A stretch of 52,672 nt of DNA. Source: a virus. The stretch is taken from IMG/VR virus record IMGVR_UViG_3300045988_182204. One strand, written 5' to 3'. Position numbers and translations under genes: made by a program. The first letter of the stretch is position 1; every line of letters begins with the position of its first letter. Of this stretch, positions 27,500-35,209 are shown in pieces. The notes beneath the pieces are model-generated. The model was not told where the DNA came from, did no database searches, and saw only the letters and a program-made list of their open reading frames with translations.

Positions 27500-27872
27500 A
27501 TTTGATAGTCTCCTCTTTCATGTGGAGTGAAGTCCAATTTTTTATGACCCCATCCATAGGAAGTGCTGCATGTCCAAGAGTTGGACTGAATAACTCAAAG
27601 TATCTATCTTGATATGCGATGTATATGGCTTTCTTTACATATTCTACATCGCTCTTCCGAGCCATTTTGAATGTAAGATCGAAATCTTCTTTGCACCATT
27701 TTCGGATCCAAACACTGATGTCAAACCCATCAGTGTTGGTTGCTTTTGAGAATGCATCCCAGACTTCTACTGGAACATAGCAAAAATGAATCCAAATGAT
27801 CCCTTGATCACTTATGACTTTGGACAGGACTTTCCTGTACACCGCTTTCGAGTTTGGGCTTCTGTGTCTCAT
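27480..27872 (-). CDS. Hypothetical protein (130 aa)
   Basis: ATG 27872 follows GGAGGG; overlaps the 3' end of the upstream gene; no motif recognised. Confidence 0.5.
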   Translation of the reverse strand: MRHRSPNSKAVYRKVLSKVISDQGIIWIHFCYVPVEVWDAFSKATNTDGFDISVWIRKWCKEDFDLTFKMARKSDVEYVKKAIYIAYQDRYFELFSPTLGHAALPMDGVIKNWTSLHMKEETIKYEQNKQ

Positions 27873-28674
27873 TTCCACCCTCCAGAGTCTTCTCGCCGTC
27901 TGGCAAGTTGCGCTCGTAGATATGTAGCGAACCTGCCTGATGAGTGTATGTACCAACTCCAACACCCAAGGTCATTGCCATCATCACCTGCATGGAGCAG
28001 AAGCTAAACATGTCATAGGGTACACCAGTCCAGACATCATTGGAGCGCATTGTTGTTGTCAGGTTAAGGCGACCGTCACGGAGCAAGAACTGGAGTGACA
28101 AGGTACACGGAGTATCTTTGGTTGCATCACTCATGGGTCGAGGATTTTTGATATGAATGACTGCTTGGCGACTATTTGGGTCAGCCTTGAGACGATTGAT
28201 CACATCCTGCCACTGATCAAACCCATAGAACTGCTTAATCTTGTGACCATAGCAGCTGTTGACCGTCTCTCCATCGTCACTCATGCGATCCCAAGCAGAG
28301 CTGAAGAGGCTAATGTCTTTGAGTCTGTTAGACCCAGAAAGATACCACAACAACTCTCCGACAGCATATCGCATGGGCATCTTGCGAGCTTCACTCTTGA
28401 CAATCATGCGAGTTGGGTCTTTGACAACGGTGATGGCGTTGATAACCTCAGCAGCCACAGCTCCGTCTCGAGAAGCAGAAGTTCTCTTGTTCATACGATG
28501 CTGAGCCAACAGAACAGCAAACCAATACTCCCATGCGCTGTTGACATCACTCACAACTACATAATTGTCAATGTCAGCATCGCCACACATACGACTGCTC
28601 TTGTTGTAAAGGGATGCGAGTTTGTACTCTTTTACAACATTATTGAAGTCTTCCACATTAAACAGCAAGCTCAT
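27808..28674 (-). CDS. ThyA-superfamily enzyme, deoxycytidylate 5-hydroxymethyltransferase-like (T4 gp42-like)
   Basis: AVGELLWYLSGSN, NSCYGHKI, DQWQDVINRLKADPNSRQAVI, catalytic Cys in TPCTLSLQF, MRSNDVWTGVPYDMF and GSLHIYERN. The Asn of ThyA PFNI aligns with Asp, as at T4 gp42 D179 (alignment by eye). Confidence 0.7.
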   Translation of the reverse strand: MSLLFNVEDFNNVVKEYKLASLYNKSSRMCGDADIDNYVVVSDVNSAWEYWFAVLLAQHRMNKRTSASRDGAVAAEVINAITVVKDPTRMIVKSEARKMPMRYAVGELLWYLSGSNRLKDISLFSSAWDRMSDDGETVNSCYGHKIKQFYGFDQWQDVINRLKADPNSRQAVIHIKNPRPMSDATKDTPCTLSLQFLLRDGRLNLTTTMRSNDVWTGVPYDMFSFCSMQVMMAMTLGVGVGTYTHQAGSLHIYERNLPDGEKTLEGGNETQKPKLESGVQESPVQSHK

Positions 28675-28675
28675 T

Positions 28676-29101
28676 TCAGGTCCTCCAAATTTCAATCTGC
28701 AAAGTTGAGTTTCCCATGACTTCGTCAAATCTCTTCATCAGTTCTTTGACAGGATACATGGGAGTTTCGTTGCGCTTGTTAAGGCGCTCTTCGATAGTCT
28801 TTTCTTGAGCGGTGACATAGATCACCTTTGCACCACGAGCAAGCATAGCAATCTCCAGATGATAGAGATCTTCTTTGCTCAGTTTCCGATCCTCTGGGGC
28901 TTGATAAACGAACTGACCATAGCAGAACCGATCGGCAATCACATTCTCACTTGTGGCTGCATCGAGAATATGATGGAAATAGCGATAGTCATTTGGAGTG
29001 TCCTTTGTACAATGGATAATACGTGCGTTGAGAATTCTTGCGAGCTTTCTGGCGATGGTACTTTTGCCAACGCCATCAACTCCTTCCAATACAATGAGCA
29101 T
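28676..29101 (-). CDS. Small thymidylate-kinase-like dNMP kinase (141 aa)
   Basis: P-loop LIVLEGVDGVGKST and a DR motif (ADRFCYGQFVY); shorter than cellular Tmk. Confidence 0.7.
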   Translation of the reverse strand: MLIVLEGVDGVGKSTIARKLARILNARIIHCTKDTPNDYRYFHHILDAATSENVIADRFCYGQFVYQAPEDRKLSKEDLYHLEIAMLARGAKVIYVTAQEKTIEERLNKRNETPMYPVKELMKRFDEVMGNSTLQIEIWRT

Positions 29102-29250
29102 TATTTGCTCCTTTCTGCTGCCTTGCAGACAGCTGCAATGATTTGATCTTGTCTCTTCTTGGGCAATCTATAGAACATGTTTGTATTCAGCAGCATGTAT
29201 CCTGAACCCCAAGAGAAACACATTTGGTCTTTGCCTTTGATTGGCTCCAT
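29101..29250 (-). CDS. Hypothetical small protein (49 aa)
   Basis: MEPIKGKDQMCFSWGSGYMLLNTNMFYRLPKKRQDQIIAAVCKAAERSK; its stop overlaps the kinase ATG (TAATG). It is below the ORF-track cutoff. Confidence 0.4.
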   Translation of the reverse strand: MEPIKGKDQMCFSWGSGYMLLNTNMFYRLPKKRQDQIIAAVCKAAERSK

Positions 29251-29257
29251 TTATATC

Positions 29258-30247
29258 TTACTCCTCCCAAGGACGTTTGTAAAGAGTTTTGCACAAATGT
29301 TTATTGTTTTTCGAAATGCTTCGAGCATAGTTCAGGATCTTGTCATTGGGCTCTGGTACTTCCTCTTCTGCAGGAATATGACCACCTCTAGGCAACAACC
29401 CAACGCGATGACTCATAGCATTGCATCCATAGCAGGGCTTGAAACTTCGCTCACCTGCATACAGAAGAATCCGAGCAGCTTCAAACCGTTTGCTGTACCA
29501 AATGTCCTCAATATTTTGCTCCATGATATTGCCAATTGGGTATTCACCACGGAAGTCATTACAGCAGATCGCCACAGAACCATCGTAGCGGATCGCCAGC
29601 TCTCTGAAAGGACGAGCGCACCGTTTACCTTGATAAGACATATCAAGGGGTCCAGCTGCTCCACAGTGGTTGCACAGATGACGATTGATAGCTTTCTCTT
29701 TCTGAATCGGGGGGTTGAACAACACTCGGAACCCATTTGGATTTGTACTGTACAAAGGAACCTTTCGTGCCAGATGCTCAATCTTCAGATCAGGTACATC
29801 TTGAATAGCATCTTCAATCGTTCGAGCATCGCCTTTGTCGGAATAGTAGTCAATGATCAAATCGTTAAGGCCAGCATCTCTCAGAGCATATACTCGCTCA
29901 ATGATGGTTTTCTGGTCTGCAACCATGCCAAACCCATTGACAATGCCGTAACCATTGCTCATCATGGACATAACGGTGTTGGGAAAAGTCTTTCTGAACA
30001 GCTTGATTATTCTAACTGCATTTGGGTTAAGGGTTGGTTCCCCATGCATAGAAAAAATGATTCTACTGTGCCAGTGCACACGCTTGATCTCAGCAATAAT
30101 TCGCTCTGCAGTTTCCTTCTTCATACGATACCAAGGTTGAGTGCCTTTCTCTCGCATACCACGAAGACCACAGAATTTGCATCCCAGATTGCAACCCTCA
30201 TTCAGCTCAATCTGAATAGAATACGGTGGACTCTGTTTTCTTGACAT
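29258..30247 (-). CDS. Radical SAM enzyme with SPASM/twitch-type C-terminal Cys cluster
   Basis: CX3CX2C (CNLGCKFC); C-terminal CNHC, C-x12-G-x4-C-C (CARPFRELAIRYDGSVAICC) and CYGC. ATG 30247 follows GGGAGGAG. Confidence 0.8.
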   Translation of the reverse strand: MSRKQSPPYSIQIELNEGCNLGCKFCGLRGMREKGTQPWYRMKKETAERIIAEIKRVHWHSRIIFSMHGEPTLNPNAVRIIKLFRKTFPNTVMSMMSNGYGIVNGFGMVADQKTIIERVYALRDAGLNDLIIDYYSDKGDARTIEDAIQDVPDLKIEHLARKVPLYSTNPNGFRVLFNPPIQKEKAINRHLCNHCGAAGPLDMSYQGKRCARPFRELAIRYDGSVAICCNDFRGEYPIGNIMEQNIEDIWYSKRFEAARILLYAGERSFKPCYGCNAMSHRVGLLPRGGHIPAEEEVPEPNDKILNYARSISKNNKHLCKTLYKRPWEE

Positions 30248-30248
30248 G

Positions 30249-30440
30249 TTACTCCTCCCATTCGCAGTTAAATATTGTTTTGTTGATTTTGCATTCAATA
30301 TTGACTTCAAACACATTAAGCGGGAGTTCGATCTTACCCACAAATGCATATTTGCAAATTTCTTTCAGTTCGCAGGCTGTACATGGCATGAGTTCGTGAT
30401 GCCGTTCCACAAGATCTGTCCTATGTTTATTTGATGCCAT
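30249..30440 (-). CDS. Small Cys-containing protein (63 aa)
   Basis: MASNKHRTDLVERHHELMPCTACELKEICKY...IECK...NCEWEE; lies immediately upstream of the radical SAM gene. Confidence 0.5.
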   Translation of the reverse strand: MASNKHRTDLVERHHELMPCTACELKEICKYAFVGKIELPLNVFEVNIECKINKTIFNCEWEE

Positions 30441-30441
30441 A

Positions 30442-30612
30442 TCATTCATCCTCATAAACTTTTATGTCCAAACGAATAGTGTATTTTTTCGGGTTGTTGC
30501 TGGGGACTTTGTAGATCAGCATTCCGTGACCGAGATCAATTCTATTGCAAGAGCCATCTTTTATCATAGCTATGGCTCTATTAAGAACTTGTATGTCATG
30601 TTTGTCAAACAT
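30442..30612 (-). CDS. Hypothetical small protein (56 aa)
   Basis: ATG 30612 follows GGGAGGAA; internal start of track ORF 30442..30651. Confidence 0.45.
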   Translation of the reverse strand: MFDKHDIQVLNRAIAMIKDGSCNRIDLGHGMLIYKVPSNNPKKYTIRLDIKVYEDE

Positions 30613-30613
30613 A

Positions 30614-31561
30614 CTATTCCTCCCAGAAACATTTAATTCGTTTGCTGCCATGGATTTTATGATAAGCTGTCCAATTTATGTCTCCCCACATATAGTCGCC
30701 ATCAGCATCCCTGAAGCTGGTTCGCAGATAATCCTTGATTGGGTATTTCTGCAACATATTGTACTCATATTGATGAAGTTCTTTTTCTGTCTCCGGAGTA
30801 CGAATAACACTGTCACATTTCTCACTCACATAGTCATAGGTCAGGCAAGGAATGTTGAAGCAGTGACCACCATTGGCAAGAATAACAGCGCAGAACCCAA
30901 TGTCATCACCGTGACGATCAAAGATCATATCACGATCAATTTTTGCTTTATAAAGACCCTTTACATTTATCAATGTAACCTGGCGAGGGGTTGGACCAGA
31001 GTCAATGATGTATTTCAGCTTGGAATTTTCAACATGCTGGGACATACGTTGACGACGAATGTTACCCAAATAGACCTTTGGATATGTCTTGAAAACTTCT
31101 TTGCCAATGACACCAGCCATTGTAAGAACCTTTTGCTCCAGCAGAGGATCTGCTTCTCTGTCAGCATTGATTGCATGCTTTGAGCAAGGATTCCCTGTTC
31201 CAGAACACCCATCATACATGTATGCAAGGTTTCGAATGTCATCGTCCATGTCGATGATCATTGAATATTTGTGCTCAGCGGCATACTCATAGATGAACTG
31301 ACGAGTACTGGCCAACCCATTGATTGGCAGGTGAAAGTCTTTTGCGATAGGTAGAATATGAAGATTTGGATTTGCCTTTCGATAAGCTTTTGCTTGCTCC
31401 GGACGAACAACAATATGAATCTTTTCAAGTGCTTCTGGCTCAAAGTTTTTGAACATTTCAGCAGTTACAAAATGAGGTCTGTTGTACGACGGAACAAAAA
31501 TGTGAGGAAGTTGATTCACAGACAAACTGTTAAGGTGTCTGTACATTTCTTGTTTTTTCAT
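30614..31561 (-). CDS. GT-A-fold glycosyltransferase-like protein (possible DNA-base glycosyltransferase)
   Basis: N-terminal IFVPSYNRP (GT2-like) and the DXD-type acidic motif MIIDMDDDI; 315 aa. Confidence 0.55.
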   Translation of the reverse strand: MKKQEMYRHLNSLSVNQLPHIFVPSYNRPHFVTAEMFKNFEPEALEKIHIVVRPEQAKAYRKANPNLHILPIAKDFHLPINGLASTRQFIYEYAAEHKYSMIIDMDDDIRNLAYMYDGCSGTGNPCSKHAINADREADPLLEQKVLTMAGVIGKEVFKTYPKVYLGNIRRQRMSQHVENSKLKYIIDSGPTPRQVTLINVKGLYKAKIDRDMIFDRHGDDIGFCAVILANGGHCFNIPCLTYDYVSEKCDSVIRTPETEKELHQYEYNMLQKYPIKDYLRTSFRDADGDYMWGDINWTAYHKIHGSKRIKCFWEE

Positions 31562-31576
31562 GACTGGTTCACCTCA

Positions 31577-31608
31577 TAAAAAGTGCCCTCCCATGGGCTG
31601 AGAGGGCA
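31577..31608 (-). terminator. Terminator/attenuator between the recombination module and the modification operon
   Basis: Minus-strand TGCCCTC-11 nt loop-GAGGGCA followed by CTTTTTA; lies 16 nt upstream of the GT-like gene ATG. Confidence 0.5.
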
Positions 31609-31627
31609 TTTCAGTGATCAGGGTAGA

Positions 31628-32320
31628 TTATTCCTCTTCCCAATCGTCATCGTCGTCCTCGTCATCTTCTTCGACGGGTTCCGGCTTCTTCTTTGCTTTC
31701 TTGGCAGGAGCTTTCTTTGCAGGGGATTTCTTGGGAGCAGGTTTTTCCTCTTCTTCAGAGTCATCGTCGTCCTCGTCCCAATCACTGTCCTCGTCTTCCT
31801 CAGGATCAGGCTTCTTCTTTGCTGCAGCTTTCTTTGCTACAGGCTTCTTCTTGGGCTTCGGAGCTTCCTCTTCGACTTCCTCCTCGTCCTCGGAAACATC
31901 TTCCTCGTCGAAGCTGTCCTCATCCTCATCGTCATCATCCGACTTGGCTGCACCAGGCTTCAGATAGTCACTCACTCGAGCACGGATCTGACCATTGTAC
32001 TCTTCATGGGTGACATTGATATTCAGAGACTTACCGATCATATTGTCCAGATCAACAGCAACCTTTCCGTCACACTTCATGCCGATGATCTGCAGCAGAG
32101 ACTTGAACTTCCACAGAGCCTTGTCGGTGAGAACCAGATTGTCAAATACCTTGACACCCTTGTCATCACCGGAAAGGATCTCAAAGGCAACCTGCAGCAT
32201 GGGGTCACCACCCTGAGTATTCTTCTCCTGGATGTCAGAGATCTTGACATGATGAACACCCTCGCTTGCGCGCTGGAATGCCTCAACATTGGTAAAATCG
32301 ATTTTAACTTTGCGTGCCAT
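31628..32320 (-). CDS. DUF669-like ssDNA-binding-type protein with a long Lys/Ala + polyacidic tail
   Basis: The N-terminal ~120 aa fit DUF669 and sit next to an AAA_24 ATPase. The C-terminal ~110 aa alternate KKPVAKKAAAKKKP-type and DEDDE-type blocks. Confidence 0.6.
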   Translation of the reverse strand: MARKVKIDFTNVEAFQRASEGVHHVKISDIQEKNTQGGDPMLQVAFEILSGDDKGVKVFDNLVLTDKALWKFKSLLQIIGMKCDGKVAVDLDNMIGKSLNINVTHEEYNGQIRARVSDYLKPGAAKSDDDDEDEDSFDEEDVSEDEEEVEEEAPKPKKKPVAKKAAAKKKPDPEEDEDSDWDEDDDDSEEEEKPAPKKSPAKKAPAKKAKKKPEPVEEDDEDDDDDWEEE

Positions 32321-32359
32321 AATAGATACCTCCAAAATAGTGTTATATTTCCAAAGGCA

Positions 32360-33130
32360 TTATGCCTGTTGGTCAGTAGATTCTTCTTGGTTAAGGCCAA
32401 GAATTTTGATGAGCTTCTGATATGTGAGATCACGAACTTGAGCAGGAACTTTCAGATCCTTTGGCTTCTGAAGCTTGGTCCAATAGTATGGGTTCGGACC
32501 GATCTGACAGATGTAAGTTGCAATTGTTTTATCAACCCCGTCAACAGTGACTTCTTTCTTCTTGATCAAGGTGTGCAATCCATAATTAGACATTCCTTCG
32601 AGGTATGTCCGAGCACCCTTTGTTGTGCTTGGGTGAATATCTGGAAGAATTTCATCTTCCATGCCCTCAAAAGAATCACTGACTTCATGGCAGCTGGCCA
32701 ACACCCAAGAGTACTCAGCCAAGCGATGACAAAGACGAATGAGCTCTTCTGTTTCGGTTTTCAGATCGCCCCACATCTGCTGGGTCATCTTTTTGTTCTT
32801 GTCAAGGGCATTTTCCTTGATCCAGATATTCGTGACCATAGAAAATGTATCAGCGAATACTGTCTTATATTTGAGTTTCCCATGTTCTGCCGAATCGATT
32901 AACTCCTTCAATACTGCAGAGAGCTCTGCAAGATTTTTAATCCGTAAAGCCTTGATACCTTTTTTGGATTTGATGGTATTGCTACCATCGTCACCGACTT
33001 GAAGATACAACATAGGCTTTGGGAAAGTAGAACCCAACTCTGTTTTGCCAGAGCCGGACTTGCCATAGATCGTGACAAATTTATGCTGACCCAAATCAGC
33101 AATGTCAACGACCTGAGAAAGATATCCCAT
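32360..33130 (-). CDS. AAA_24 / Sak4-like RecA-fold ATPase
   Basis: Walker A FVTIYGKSGSGKTELG; size and neighbourhood (DUF669, PD-(D/E)XK nuclease). Confidence 0.7.
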   Translation of the reverse strand: MGYLSQVVDIADLGQHKFVTIYGKSGSGKTELGSTFPKPMLYLQVGDDGSNTIKSKKGIKALRIKNLAELSAVLKELIDSAEHGKLKYKTVFADTFSMVTNIWIKENALDKNKKMTQQMWGDLKTETEELIRLCHRLAEYSWVLASCHEVSDSFEGMEDEILPDIHPSTTKGARTYLEGMSNYGLHTLIKKKEVTVDGVDKTIATYICQIGPNPYYWTKLQKPKDLKVPAQVRDLTYQKLIKILGLNQEESTDQQA

Positions 33131-33133
33131 GTG

Positions 33134-34117
33134 TCACACTCCTTCAATGAACTTTGAATCCTCACGCTCATGAATTTCATATTCACGAGCAATTAGATTA
33201 TCAACATCTCCTTCAGTCAACTCTGTGAAGCAGATGTCTCTATATTCACAGAACTTGCAATCAGGAGTCATGTTTTTTGTCTTGTTCTTATGACCCTGTC
33301 GTACAATATCCCGACATGTATATTTGAACCCATCGAAGATATTATCCACCATGGAGGGTACAATATCAAGTTCACAACGGAAGAAGAAATTGCTGACATT
33401 ATTGGCATACATATTGCCTTGCCGCAAGATCTCAATATCCGTGATGCCTTTGAGCTCACAAGCTCGTCTCCAAGAGAAAGGTGTGATATTGTTGCTTTTT
33501 GCCTGGGAGAATTTCCCTGACTTGGGCAACCAAATTGGCATAGAAGCAGGAGTCGAATGAATATAATCCCAGATGAAAGATTTTGGCATGACTCCTGTCA
33601 TGATATACATGGCCTTTGCGTAAAGGTTCTTCTGAGTATTCATGACCAAGACATTTTGATCAGGTTTGCGATTAAATGTCTTATGATCACCCAACTTGCA
33701 CATCTTTTCACCGTTTCGTCTATACTTGTAGACTTCATCGATGATGCCATTGAAGACTATCGGCTCATCCTTGTAAGACCCAATCTCAATCTCAAATGGG
33801 CGTTCTGTTTGTGTTGGCTGAGGGGAGTCTTTGTAGATCTCTATGTAGTCAGAAAAGATTGACTGTAGATTGAAGAGATAGTCATCTCCAAGTTCCTCCT
33901 GCCATTTGGCTGGAAGATCATAATATGCATCCCCAATGGCTTTTTGAGCTTGAGCAAGCTCTTCTGGCTTGTTGCGTAGCTCCAGAAGCTTGTGAAAGTC
34001 TGTACCGAAATACAAGGGTTTCACAGGAGCATTTTTGCGGAGACCCACATAATACCCAAGATAGTGCTTATATGGGCATCGCAGATAGGATGCAAATCGT
34101 GAATAGGAAAATTTCAT
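33134..34117 (-). CDS. PD-(D/E)XK (Cas4/RecB-like) exonuclease
   Basis: N-terminal SRFASYLRCPYKHYL, core IIDEV...LGDHKT, and C-terminal CKFCEYRDIC cysteine cluster. Confidence 0.75.
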   Translation of the reverse strand: MKFSYSRFASYLRCPYKHYLGYYVGLRKNAPVKPLYFGTDFHKLLELRNKPEELAQAQKAIGDAYYDLPAKWQEELGDDYLFNLQSIFSDYIEIYKDSPQPTQTERPFEIEIGSYKDEPIVFNGIIDEVYKYRRNGEKMCKLGDHKTFNRKPDQNVLVMNTQKNLYAKAMYIMTGVMPKSFIWDYIHSTPASMPIWLPKSGKFSQAKSNNITPFSWRRACELKGITDIEILRQGNMYANNVSNFFFRCELDIVPSMVDNIFDGFKYTCRDIVRQGHKNKTKNMTPDCKFCEYRDICFTELTEGDVDNLIAREYEIHEREDSKFIEGV

Positions 34118-34137
34118 ATTGACCTCTCAAACAGTTA

Positions 34138-34214
34138 TGGTCGAGATGACAGGACTCGAACCTGCGACATCTTGGTCCCAAACCAAGCATTCTACCAATC
34201 TGAATTACATCTCG
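34138..34214 (-). tRNA. tRNA-Pro (anticodon TGG), CCA encoded
   Basis: Hand-folded cloverleaf: acceptor CGAGATG/CATCTCG, anticodon arm CTTGG-TTTGGGA-CCAAG, T arm GCAGG-TTCGAGT-CCTGT, 3' ACCA. Confidence 0.8.
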
Positions 34215-34509
34215 ATATGATCCATAGAAGCATTGGGGGATGCTCCTATGGAACTCAGTCAGAAAGTGCAGGGACTGGGGAAGCACCCTGCTGTAGCAGC
34301 TTCTCTGCCTTGTAGATACGCGGCCGATCTACTTGACCCTGTTGTTTTTGCTTACCATTAGAATTGGCCAGATTCAATGGAGGTACAACAGTTACCTTGC
34401 CATGTATATCAACGAGATGTAAACTCGTGATACCTTTGAAGACCCTCTATGGGAATAACAAGCCCATAGAGGGAAGAATAGGAAGAGGCTCAGGCTTTGG
34501 CAAGCCTGA

Positions 34510-34586
34510 TGGTGCTAGAGACAGGGTTCGAACCTGCAACCTCTTGATTACAAATCAACTGCTCTACCCATTAGAGCTACTCTAGC
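34510..34586 (-). tRNA. tRNA-Thr (anticodon TGT), CCA encoded
   Basis: Hand-folded: acceptor GCTAGAG/CTCTAGC, D arm GCTC-TAATGGGTA-GAGC, anticodon loop TTTGTAA, T arm GCAGG-TTCGAAC-CCTGT. There is one mismatch at the top of the anticodon stem. Confidence 0.75.
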
Positions 34587-34803
34587 ATAGAATGCTTGGG
34601 ACAGTAGGATCCCAAGCAGACTGTAAAGAAGCATACTGTGAAAAACGGAGAATTTTATGACTGTCCTGAACACCCAAAATATGGAGGTATTGATGATCCC
34701 TACTGATCATGGCTCTGTGTTTATACGGACTTGCCACCGTTGCCACATAGGCTGCTTGCTTCCTACATGACAGTCACATTACAGGGGAAAGTTCCCCTGG
34801 GGA

Positions 34804-35157
34804 TCAGGCATCCTCGTACTCATCGTCGTCGACATCTTCCTCGTCTTCAACGACCTCAGGCTCCGGAGCTTTCTTGGTTTTCTTGGCTGCAGGCTTGGCA
34901 GCGGTTTTCTTGGCAGCAGGAGCTTTCTTCGCGGACTTCTTCTTTTCAGGCTCCTTTTCCTCTGTCACGCGAGATGCACAGCGAGGAGTCTTGGCATCGA
35001 TCTGCTTGCCAGTCTCACGATCGAATGTAGTGGTGCGACCGTTCTTCTGAACGATGGAGATCGTCTTCTTGTCGGCAGCAGTGATCTCGAACTCGCCGAG
35101 ATACATGCCAGTGAATGCATACATGTGAATTTTTTCGCCCTTTTTACGTGTGATCAT
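34804..35157 (-). CDS. Small protein with histone-H1-like Lys/Ala tail and acidic C-terminus (117 aa)
   Basis: C-terminal EKKKSAKKAPAAKKTAAKPAAKKTKKAPEPEVVEDEEDVDDDEYEDA; own promoter at 35210-35238. Confidence 0.65.
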   Translation of the reverse strand: MITRKKGEKIHMYAFTGMYLGEFEITAADKKTISIVQKNGRTTTFDRETGKQIDAKTPRCASRVTEEKEPEKKKSAKKAPAAKKTAAKPAAKKTKKAPEPEVVEDEEDVDDDEYEDA

Positions 35158-35209
35158 AATTTCGTCCTCCTACAGACATCTAGATTTGTTAAGGTTCAAC
35201 CTTGAATAT

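Noticed and set aside
29258-32320. Four consecutive proteins end in the same tripeptide W-E-E (KRPWEE, NCEWEE, KCFWEE, DDWEEE), suggesting a C-terminal sorting tag
   Set aside because: The codons TGG GAG GA(G/A) plus the stop are exactly the Shine-Dalgarno sequence (GGGAGGAG) of the next, translationally coupled gene. The motif is explained at the nucleotide level.
31583-32902. 439-aa plus-strand ORF (and the 117-aa Ser-rich ORF 31614..31967) that look like a large low-complexity protein
   Set aside because: They are antisense to the DUF669-like gene tail and the AAA_24 gene. The Ser/Phe/Leu runs are the reverse complement of the Glu/Asp/Lys codon repeats. There is no SD, and the orientation opposes the whole arm.
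34068-34286. 72-aa minus-strand ORF, and the 73-aa plus-strand ORF 34364..34585
   Set aside because: They run through the tRNA-Pro and tRNA-Thr genes and the hairpin-rich spacer, and neither has an SD.
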